Origin: an uncultured Chloroflexia bacterium
GTDB taxonomy: Bacteria > Chloroflexota > Dehalococcoidia > DSTF01 > WHTK01
Length of the DNA stretch: 64,000 bases
NCBI GenBank assembly: GCA_963703905.1
Contig: CAVPFY010000006.1
Location: 198,841-262,840 of the forward strand
Direction of reading: 5' to 3'
Position numbers and translations under genes: made by a program. Positions within the stretch are counted from its first letter, which is position 1, and each line of letters opens with the position of its first letter. The notes beneath the pieces are model-generated. The model did no database searches and was not told the origin of the DNA. It was given only the letters and a program-made list of their open reading frames with translations. Below are positions 10,796 to 18,210 of this stretch, piece after piece.

Positions 10796-10874
10796 TTGGT
10801 GGGCCCTCTCGGATTCGAACCGAGGACCGACGGAATTAAAAGTCCGCTGCTCTACCGGACTGAGCTAGAGGCCC
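10796..10874 (-). tRNA. tRNA-Lys (anticodon TTT)
   Basis: Minus strand reads GGGCCTCTAGCTCAGTCCGGTAGAGCAGCGGACTTTTAAT(T)CCGTCGGTCCTCGGTTCGAATCCGAGAGGGCCCCACCA. It has the U8/TAGCTCAG D-arm, a CTTTTAA anticodon loop, a GGTTCGAATCC T-arm and an encoded CCA. One extra T after the loop breaks canonical pairing and is probably an indel. Confidence 0.7.
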
Positions 10875-10992
10875 GGAAAGTCCCCGGGCTGAATCTGCCA
10901 GGCAAGCTATGTCACTCCGGGTTGAGAACGAATACGTTGCTCATGCACTAGAGGCATCTGTGCAACGGATTATAACTGGAGGCTTGAGACCT

Positions 10993-11013
10993 CCGCGACA
11001 GCCTGCTTGGAAG
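10993..11013. repeat. 21-nt direct repeat copy 1 (CCGCGACAGCCTGCTTGGAAG)
   Basis: Identical 21-mer recurs at 12206..12226. Here it lies in a hairpin CGCGACA...TGTCGCG, 120 bp from the tRNA-Lys 5' side. Confidence 0.55.
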
Positions 11014-11182
11014 GAACTTGTGTCGCGTTTCGGCCCTAAATCGCCCTTTTCAGATTCGAAGGATGACTCTCAGGCCGGATTCTGAGCGATCTTGACGACC
11101 TGTCTCCGGGACGGCAGACGACCTGCCTGCAAATGACCGCTGGTCAATCCCTCCTGTAGAATAATCCGGACGTCAGACGCCA

Positions 11183-11779
11183 TTACTGACCCGCCACCCT
11201 CGCGGCGATGAACCGAGCTCGCGCCTCTGGGGTATCGCGCGGCACATCGACCAGCTTGTAGCCGAGTCCGACGTAGACGTCACGGATCACTTCGCCGAAT
11301 TTGTGGGCCATCTCGAACGTCATCTTCCGCTCTTCATCGGTCGTGTAGATCTCGGGCCAGCTCGGCATCACGAACACGAGGTCGTTGTAGCGGAGGATCT
11401 TCGCGGCTTGCACGGCGGAGGAAGCGTCGAGGCCGAACAGCCGGAAGTACCCGATGTGGTCGGGGATGCCTCGGTCGAAGAAGATCGGTCCGTCCGTACC
11501 TTGTGAGCGATCGAAGTCATCGACAGCGCGGGCCAGCATAAGGTCACAGAAGCGCGTGGGGTCCTTCTCCGGCACACCCGTGCCCCCGACTGCGCGCTGT
11601 TCGGCGAGCACCTCGCGGGCGGGCTCAGGAACGCCGGTGAACCCCATCGCGACGAGCTCTTTGAGGACCGGCGTCTTCCCGCCTCCGGGCGCGCCAGTGA
11701 TCACAAAGCGCTTGTTCACACCTTGATGGGCCTCAGAGGGGACAGACATCTGAGGTCGTCTGAGAGCATCTCCAATCAA
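11183..11779 (-). CDS. P-loop NTPase (AAA_28/COG3911-like predicted ATPase)
   Basis: FVITGAPGGGKTPVLKEL Walker A. The ~200-aa size and composition fit nucleoside/nucleotide-kinase-like ATPases. Confidence 0.55.
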   Translation of the reverse strand: MIGDALRRPQMSVPSEAHQGVNKRFVITGAPGGGKTPVLKELVAMGFTGVPEPAREVLAEQRAVGGTGVPEKDPTRFCDLMLARAVDDFDRSQGTDGPIFFDRGIPDHIGYFRLFGLDASSAVQAAKILRYNDLVFVMPSWPEIYTTDEERKMTFEMAHKFGEVIRDVYVGLGYKLVDVPRDTPEARARFIAARVAGQ

Positions 11780-12181
11780 CCGGGAGAAGGATAAGGATCA
11801 ACGAGGAAAATGCGAAAGCCATATATCCTTCAATCTGTAAAGACAAACAAAGACTCCTGGGGCGACATCGATCAGCATAAACCAGCCGGGGACCAACTCG
11901 GAGCAACTACGGGGCGAAATGAATCCCGTAATGTTCCGGGTCAGTAACCTGTAGTGCCCGGCACAAGCTCCTTAGCCAGCTCGATCACTCCATCTCCTGT
12001 CCGACGCCACGGCGCCGCCGCTCAGTCCCGTGTCCGCGCCCCGCGCGAAAAGGAGGCATGCCGCAAACGGCGAAGGCGGGGGCGCGCAGGCAAACGCGCC
12101 CAACTGCCTCCAAAGAAACAGACGACCTGCTTCCGGAAAAACTAGGGCTAAGATCGGGTGTCTGGGGTCAGGATTTGAATC

Positions 12182-12212
12182 TGGAGCGGGGGACGGGATT
12201 CGAACCCGCGAC
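12182..12212 (-). other. tRNA 3'-half-like fragment (T-arm, acceptor 3' strand and CCA) without a 5' half
   Basis: Minus strand reads GTCGCGGGTTCGAATCCCGTCCCCCGCTCCA. No complementary GCGGGGG 5' acceptor strand exists nearby. Confidence 0.35.
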
Positions 12213-12226
12213 AGCCTGCTTGGAAG
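12206..12226. repeat. 21-nt direct repeat copy 2 (CCGCGACAGCCTGCTTGGAAG) inside an imperfect palindrome
   Basis: Same 21-mer as at 10993..11013. Here it sits in GACAGCCTTGCTTGGAAGCAAGGCTGTC, directly abutting the tRNA 3'-half-like fragment. Confidence 0.55.
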
Positions 12227-12309
12227 CAAGGCTGTCGGGGACAGCAACGCCACGGCCTGGAGCGTCGTTGCGGTGAATGCGACGATTAGCAGGCCAACGG
12301 TAGCTCTTC

Positions 12310-13398
12310 TTGAGATCGTCCTTCGCTGACTCTACAATTGAGGCCACGATGGAAACGCCTTCTGTCCAATACGTAACGACCGACGATGGGATGAGCCTTG
12401 CCTATGCGATTGCCGGCGAAGGTTCGCAGATCGTGAATTTGCCCTGGCACTTCAATGACGTTCTGCAGCGGTGGAACGGAACACCGCTGTTCAGAGGCCT
12501 GGCGGAGCACCATAAAGTCGTCCATTACGATGGCCGGGGCCAGGGCCTCTCGACACGCGGTCTGACTCATACGCCAACCACCGCCGACTTCCGCAAAGAC
12601 CTCGAGGCCGTAATCGATGCTTCTGGATTCGATCGCTTTGCCATGGTGGCGTACGGCGGTTTTGGTCATGTCGCCATACGCTACGCCATTGATCACCCTG
12701 AACGCGTTACGGCCCTCATCTTGATCTGTGTCTGTGAAACGTTCGAAGCCTGGAGCGCCTCAGCGCATCTGGGTATGGCTCAAGAGAACTGGGATCTGTT
12801 CCTATCGCTTCAGACAAGCAAGATTCCGCCCGCCAGTGCTCCTATGGTCATCGCCTGGCTCAAGGCGATGATGGACAAGGATGACTACGTTCACGTCATA
12901 CGGGCCTTCATTGAAGACCCGAGTGTCAGCCACCTGCTCCCCAAAATAAGCGTGCCAACACTGCTCACGCATTCACTCGACCAGCACTGGTTGCCGCCTG
13001 TCGAAGGCGCGAAGGCCGCGGCGAAGATCCCCGGAGCTCGCATCATCTTCACCGATGGTGATGTTGAGCCTGACCACAACCAGATCCTCGCCGCGACCAT
13101 CGATTTCCTCAAACGGGCAGCGGCCCCGGCGAGGATTGGCCCTCCCCCTTCGGACATCTTGGCGTCCGGTGAGCCACTCTCGCCCCGTCAGTTGCAGGTT
13201 TTGCGCCTGATCGCCGAGGGAAAGCAGACGCGTGAGATTGCTGACGAACTCGTGCTCAGCGAGCGCACAGTCGAGCGCCATATCGCAGGCGTCTACGTCA
13301 AGATCGGCGCCCGCAACCGCTCAGAAGCCACCGCCTTCGCCCTGAGCAGGCCGGAGGTTCTCGATCCTGGCGGGAAGTACCCAATTCCCGCCAATTAA
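12310..13398 (+). CDS. Alpha/beta hydrolase domain fused to a C-terminal LuxR-type HTH (LuxR family regulator)
   Basis: VVHYDGRGQGLS and AMVAYGGFGHVAIRYA (hydrolase fold), then C-terminal LSPRQLQVLRLIAEGKQTREIADELVLSERTVERHIAGVYVKIGARNRSEA (GerE/LuxR HTH). Confidence 0.7.
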   Translation: MRSSFADSTIEATMETPSVQYVTTDDGMSLAYAIAGEGSQIVNLPWHFNDVLQRWNGTPLFRGLAEHHKVVHYDGRGQGLSTRGLTHTPTTADFRKDLEAVIDASGFDRFAMVAYGGFGHVAIRYAIDHPERVTALILICVCETFEAWSASAHLGMAQENWDLFLSLQTSKIPPASAPMVIAWLKAMMDKDDYVHVIRAFIEDPSVSHLLPKISVPTLLTHSLDQHWLPPVEGAKAAAKIPGARIIFTDGDVEPDHNQILAATIDFLKRAAAPARIGPPPSDILASGEPLSPRQLQVLRLIAEGKQTREIADELVLSERTVERHIAGVYVKIGARNRSEATAFALSRPEVLDPGGKYPIPAN

Positions 13399-13634
13399 CC
13401 CCGCGAGATACACCTGCGAATTGAGTGCTTCTCCCGAAGTTCCCTTCTCTCCCCTTGACCTAGGTTGACGTTGGCGGCTTCCCAGGCTTTCGGGCCAGGC
13501 GCTTCCGCTGTGGCGATGCCGACCGCCGTCGTCTTGTTCTGGCGGCGGCCGGCGCGTCCGGCGGCCGCTTGAGCGCGCGCTGGGGACGGATAAGACCGCC
13601 GGGTACGGAACGTTAGAGCGTAAGGGAGAACGAC

Positions 13635-14642
13635 ATGAGGCGTTTGGGCTTCCATTCAGTCATCGCAATCGTGGCAGTACTGGCTCTGGGAGCTGGTCTC
13701 ATTTCAGTAGCGTCATCGGCGAACTGGGGTGCACCGCTGAGTCTCGGCTCTCTGAACACGGCGGCATTGGAGGGCTGTCCCATCGAATCGCCGGACGGTC
13801 TTAGCTTCTACATGGCCTCTGACCGGCCGGGCGGAGCCGGTGGCATCGATATCTGGATCGCGCAGCGCAGCAGCGTCACGGCCCCCTGGGGCGCGGCCGT
13901 TAATGCTGGCTCGCCTGTCAACTCTTCCGCCGACGACTTCTGCCCGACTCCAACAGACGGCGGCTACCTCTACTTCGTTAGCACGCGCGCCGGAGGCTGC
14001 GGTGGTGCCGACATCTACAGGGCGCGTTTCGCTTCCGTCGGCACGTGGACCTCATACGAGACCCTGGGCTGTCAGGTAAACAGCGACGCGGCCGAGTTCA
14101 GTCCGTCCCTGGTGCGTGAAGGAAGCGATACGGTGCTCTACTTCTCGAGCGGGCGCAAGGGCGGCTTTGCGCCCGAAGAGGGCGGCGCCACGGCCGACCA
14201 CGACATCTACTCCAGCAAGATGCTCGCGGACGGCAGCTTCGGACCGCCGGCGCTCGTGCCTGGCGTAAACTCCGCTGCTGACGATTCACGGCCCAATGTG
14301 CGCCTCGACGGTCTGGAGATCGTCTTCGATTCGACACGGCCCGGTGGCCTGGGCGGACCTGACATCTGGCTGTCCTCGCGCCAGAGCACGAGTGGCAGCT
14401 GGTCAGCCCCGGTCAACCTGGGCGCGCCGATCAACTCTGCGGCGGCTGAGTCGCGACCATCGCTGTCTCGCGGCGGCGACCGGCTCTACTTTGGCTCGAC
14501 TCGACCCGGTGGACAGGGCAACAGTGACGTCTACGTGTCTACACACGATGGTGCCCAAGCGCCCGTGGCGCTGACGGCCGCGTCATCTTCGCCGCCGATC
14601 AGGCCACCCAGCACCGGCGACGGAGGACTAGCGCGGCCCTGA
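13635..14642 (+). CDS. Secreted TolB-like protein with WD40-like beta-propeller (PD40) repeats
   Basis: Signal peptide MRRLGFHSVIAIVAVLALGAGLISVASSA. Repeated ~45-aa units SPSLS..G..LYFSSTRPGG.GG.DIY occur at least 5 times. Confidence 0.6.
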   Translation: MRRLGFHSVIAIVAVLALGAGLISVASSANWGAPLSLGSLNTAALEGCPIESPDGLSFYMASDRPGGAGGIDIWIAQRSSVTAPWGAAVNAGSPVNSSADDFCPTPTDGGYLYFVSTRAGGCGGADIYRARFASVGTWTSYETLGCQVNSDAAEFSPSLVREGSDTVLYFSSGRKGGFAPEEGGATADHDIYSSKMLADGSFGPPALVPGVNSAADDSRPNVRLDGLEIVFDSTRPGGLGGPDIWLSSRQSTSGSWSAPVNLGAPINSAAAESRPSLSRGGDRLYFGSTRPGGQGNSDVYVSTHDGAQAPVALTAASSSPPIRPPSTGDGGLARP

Positions 14643-15030
14643 AGAAGCGCCTGATAGCGGTCTAATGAAGGGTGGGGACGAGCTGGTCTCGTCTCCACCA
14701 CCCTTGTGCTCAGAACGCAGCCAGGGGACGCGTTCCCTGGTTCAAGGCTTTACCTGGATGCAGGCTTAACAGCGCCTTAACCCGCGATAACGACGAATTG
14801 AGAGCCCGTTGCTCGATTCGCAGACCTATGAGGCAGCCCGACGACCGAACTCCTGGTTATTTGTCCCGAGCGCCTCTCGATTCCGGACGGGGCCGCGAAC
14901 GGCCGTGGTCCATTGGCGCGCCGGAGAGCTTTGAACGACTAACCGCTGCGACTCCTTCTGATGCGATGTCGCAATATGCGACGCTAGTATGGGCGGGCAG
15001 TCAGGCGAAGGCCCGTCAAGTGCGGTGATG

Positions 15031-15080
15031 CGGTTCGAGGGATTAAAAGTCCGCTGCTCTGCGACTGAGCTAGGGGCCCG
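15031..15080 (-). other. Partial second copy of the tRNA-Lys 5' half (acceptor 5' strand, D-arm, anticodon stem-loop)
   Basis: Minus strand reads CGGGCCCCTAGCTCAGTCGCAGAGCAGCGGACTTTTAATCCC..., about 85% identical to the 5' ~45 nt of the tRNA at 10796..10874. It then diverges and has no T-arm or acceptor 3' strand. It lies at the left edge of the AT-richer island. Confidence 0.55.
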
Positions 15081-15574
15081 AATAATTGCCTGTCTGAATC
15101 TAATCAGGGCAAGTTTGCCTGTTAGACTTGCCGACTAATCCTCTGGTGTTGCCCGAAGGACATTAGACCAGGGGATTGGTTACGCCGACTCCCGAACGCG
15201 ACTCGAACGGGCGGTGGCCTGCCAACTCGCTGGCGACAAAATCTTAGGTCTTCGTGTCGTCAGTCCGCAAGCAAACCTGGTCAGACGCAGAACGCGTGAC
15301 GTATGGCTGAGTTAGCGATTCAGGTGGTATGGAGTCCGAAACTCCCGCGCCTTCGCAGCTACTGCATCCCAGTCCTAGTTCTTGGCACTCATACGCGCGA
15401 AGTCGACTTTCCATGAACCATTCCGCAGTTGCCAACGATAAAGTCGTAGGTCTCTCCCATGCTCGCTATCGACCACGAGCAGGGCGGTACCTTCGACGTT
15501 CTGTGAATGTCATGCCCGTCCAAGACGGTATAACCGTCGAAGACGGGAAGAAAGCGGTCCTGCTCGCCCGACGG

Positions 15575-15985
15575 TCAGCCTGACGGATGTTCCAGTATCG
15601 TGTCTGGTTCCTCCACCTGGAGAGCTTCGTAGAGCGTCGATTTCTCAACGATGATCTTCTTTTTCAGAAATTCAAGCCCAGCTGCAGCTCTTCGTTCGCA
15701 TGAGGCATATGGTCGGTCGGCATCCTCAGGCGACAATGTTTCGACGAGCCTGCGAAGGCGGCCATCAGTATCGACCGAGCCAACATTCCACTTCGTCGCA
15801 ACCCGAGACATCGCCGCCAGAGGCTTCTGGAGACGGTTGGCGAATGCAACGCCAATTGCAACTTTATAGGCGTCAACTTCTTCGTTAAACCAACCGCTTC
15901 CCATCAACTCGGCTAGGATCAGTGCTCCGTCAGGAGTCACTCCCATTGTTTTCTTATCGTCGCGTTCTTCTGGCATCGGCCTCAC
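15575..15985 (-). CDS. Hypothetical protein (136 aa), last gene of the island operon
   Basis: ORF starts 3 nt after the stop of the SMC-like ATPase. No motif I recognize. Confidence 0.45.
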   Translation of the reverse strand: MRPMPEERDDKKTMGVTPDGALILAELMGSGWFNEEVDAYKVAIGVAFANRLQKPLAAMSRVATKWNVGSVDTDGRLRRLVETLSPEDADRPYASCERRAAAGLEFLKKKIIVEKSTLYEALQVEEPDTILEHPSG

Positions 15986-15987
15986 CC

Positions 15988-17958
15988 CTAAAGTGCTTCA
16001 ATCCTAGATCGGGTTGGCGATCCGTCTCGCAGGAGTCGATAATGACGCCCAATTTTGCCGGCCAAAGGCAGTAGGTCAGTGTCAAGGTTCATTTCGCCTG
16101 ATTGAACCAACAGTAGGACTTGGGGGCTCAGCAATGGGAGAAATTTCAGAATATTCTCGCGATGAGTGGTGTCGAGGCGTCCAAATGGGGTGTCCATGAC
16201 AAGTGGACCTTCACGCACGGAAGATCGGTTGAGGGCGCCAATTAACGATAAAGCGACAACCTGCTCTGCGCCTGCGGAGCGATCAAGAATGACTCGATTC
16301 GTGTCGTCCACTATGTTCAACCCATAGCTATCATTAATAGAAAGTCCAGAGTATCCGGGCTCGGTTGTAAGAGAGCGAAATATCCGAGACGCCTCGTCTT
16401 GGACTTGGACTTTGAGATCCTCTCGGAATTCCTCGATTGCCCAATCGAATAGGTCTCGAAGGCCGTCATATACCTCGGCCTCGGTGGCAATCTTCGGGTT
16501 GGCCTCGGGGAGCTTGGAAATCTGACTCCTTACTCGTCCGAGGAGGCCACGCTTTTCTTCTCGCTCAGTCGTAATTGCACGCATGTTGCGCTCAATTTCA
16601 TCCAATTCCACGACTACAGCATCGTAAGCCCGCTGAGTCTGGCGAATATCCTCGCTTGGATGCTGAGTGAGTCTCTCGTTAATCTCATTTAGCGTGCGCT
16701 GATCCCGTCGTATGTCGAGGTCTAAGCGACGATATGCTCTCTCGGCTGCCTGGATTGCGGGCAAATGCTGAACGCTTGCTAATTCTCGCAGGCCGCGCAT
16801 CAGAGTAGCGTCCGGGAAGGCCCCTTCTGCAGCTTCGGTCTCTCTCTGGTCCAATCGAATACGCAGTGCCTTGGACCGCTCTGACATCTCAGCCTTCGAC
16901 TCTTCATTCAGGGGTTGGCCACAGATGGGACAGGTGCCACTGTTTTTCAGTTCTTCCAGCGTACTCATCTCATGTCGCAAACCAACCAAATCGTCATGGA
17001 TCAGGCGAGCGCGGTCGAATGCCGTCTCTAAAAGATCCAATTGTTTACGTGCAGCAGCTCCAACAGGCTCCCACCAACCAAGGCTGACGTGACTCTTGAT
17101 CTCCCGTTGGAGCTCTAGCTTGTGCTCTTCTCCTTCCTTGACACGGGTTTCTAGTAAGGCAGCCTGTGTTAGATCTGCTTCCTCGGAAGCGTATCGCTCC
17201 CTTCTTTCGTTGAGATCGTCCTTCTGCTGTTCAAGGCTCGCTCGCTTTTCGACGAACGCAGCCATGTCTCGGTTTAGGGCTTCGATGCTGGCTTCGTAGT
17301 CTCTCGCTTCCTTTGCCAATGCTGCAGATCTTTGGCCCTGCCGTAGCGCTGCAGTTTGCCGACGCTGCGCCTGCCCGGTGAGTGAGTCTAGATCCTCGAC
17401 GGCGAGCCTAAGTGCGGGCAAGCCGAGGATGCGTTCAATAGCTTGCTTGATTATGTACGACTTTCTCGGATCAACGACTAGATCTTCGTACTCTGCGAGC
17501 ATTTCGCCGTCAAAGAGGAAGAACTGGGAGATGTCCTTGTGAAGGATGGACTGGACGATCGCGGGGATATTTTGTTCGTCCTCGAACACCCCGTCACGGC
17601 GCAAAGCCGTCTTGTAGGTGAGCAGATAGGCTGCCTTCGGGGGTCCGTTGGACTGGATCTGCCGTTCGAGGTGGTAGTCGTGGCCTCCATGACTGAAGTC
17701 GAGTTCAGTCCGCATGTGGTACTGGCCAATGTCGATGGCGTCATAACTTATTAGCCTGTAGTCCTGCTTGCGGACTGATTGCCTACCAAGAGCATCGCCG
17801 TAGAGGCACCAACGAATTGCATTCAAGATGGAGGTTTTGCCGCGCATGTTCTCTCCGTGCAGAACCACGACTGGGGCATTAGCCGAAACCTCAAGGTTGA
17901 GCTCATGCTCACCAAAAAAAGGGCCGAAGTTAACGAGCTTGAGTTTCTTGATCAGCAT
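15988..17958 (-). CDS. SMC/Rad50-like ABC ATPase of the DndD/AAA_23 type with a central CxxC zinc-hook motif
   Basis: N-terminal LKLVNFGPFFGEHELNL...VVLHGENMRGKTSILNAIRWCLYG (Walker A). Long coiled-coil-type low-complexity middle with CPICGQPL. C-terminal ...VVALSLIGALN...LVMDTPFGRLDTTHRENILKFLP...LLLV (signature, Walker B, D-loop typical of DndD-like proteins). GGAGAG RBS lies 5 nt upstream. Confidence 0.8.
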   Translation of the reverse strand: MLIKKLKLVNFGPFFGEHELNLEVSANAPVVVLHGENMRGKTSILNAIRWCLYGDALGRQSVRKQDYRLISYDAIDIGQYHMRTELDFSHGGHDYHLERQIQSNGPPKAAYLLTYKTALRRDGVFEDEQNIPAIVQSILHKDISQFFLFDGEMLAEYEDLVVDPRKSYIIKQAIERILGLPALRLAVEDLDSLTGQAQRRQTAALRQGQRSAALAKEARDYEASIEALNRDMAAFVEKRASLEQQKDDLNERRERYASEEADLTQAALLETRVKEGEEHKLELQREIKSHVSLGWWEPVGAAARKQLDLLETAFDRARLIHDDLVGLRHEMSTLEELKNSGTCPICGQPLNEESKAEMSERSKALRIRLDQRETEAAEGAFPDATLMRGLRELASVQHLPAIQAAERAYRRLDLDIRRDQRTLNEINERLTQHPSEDIRQTQRAYDAVVVELDEIERNMRAITTEREEKRGLLGRVRSQISKLPEANPKIATEAEVYDGLRDLFDWAIEEFREDLKVQVQDEASRIFRSLTTEPGYSGLSINDSYGLNIVDDTNRVILDRSAGAEQVVALSLIGALNRSSVREGPLVMDTPFGRLDTTHRENILKFLPLLSPQVLLLVQSGEMNLDTDLLPLAGKIGRHYRLLRDGSPTRSRIEAL

Positions 17959-18210
17959 CTAGCTCTCCAGGAATTCCTCGTCCACTTCAATGGAAATCAG
18001 TTCCTGCACTTTTCTTTGGAAAGGACGACGGTCGTCATCAAATTGATTTTCCCAAGCATCATTGAATACGGTTCGTACCAATTGTTCCGTCAGCACGGCC
18101 TTTGCATGGGGATCATTGATCTGGTCGACAAGCTTGGGAAGGTTGGCGATGAGGAGTTCCTGGGCGCGCTCCTTCGTTCGTGGTTCTGCGGCAGACGGCT
18201 GGTCGTTCAC
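17959..18210 (-). CDS. Small acidic hypothetical protein (83 aa), translationally coupled between the PLD-helicase and the SMC-like ATPase
   Basis: Its start overlaps the stop of the upstream gene, and its stop abuts the SMC-like ATPase start. No recognizable domain. Confidence 0.45.
   Translation of the reverse strand: MNDQPSAAEPRTKERAQELLIANLPKLVDQINDPHAKAVLTEQLVRTVFNDAWENQFDDDRRPFQRKVQELISIEVDEEFLES

Noticed and set aside
10796-10874. 8-nt anticodon loop of the tRNA-Lys as a natural frameshift-suppressor tRNA
   Set aside because: The window is full of single-base insertions in protein genes. The extra T also destroys anticodon-stem pairing that is restored by deleting it, and the partial second copy at 15.05 kb has the normal 7-nt loop. 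Sequencing error is far more likely.
12170-12260. A complete second tRNA gene at 12.2 kb
   Set aside because: Only a T-arm/acceptor-3'/CCA-like half is present. No complementary 5' acceptor strand (GCGGGGG) or D-arm exists within 150 nt, so it is recorded only as a fragment.
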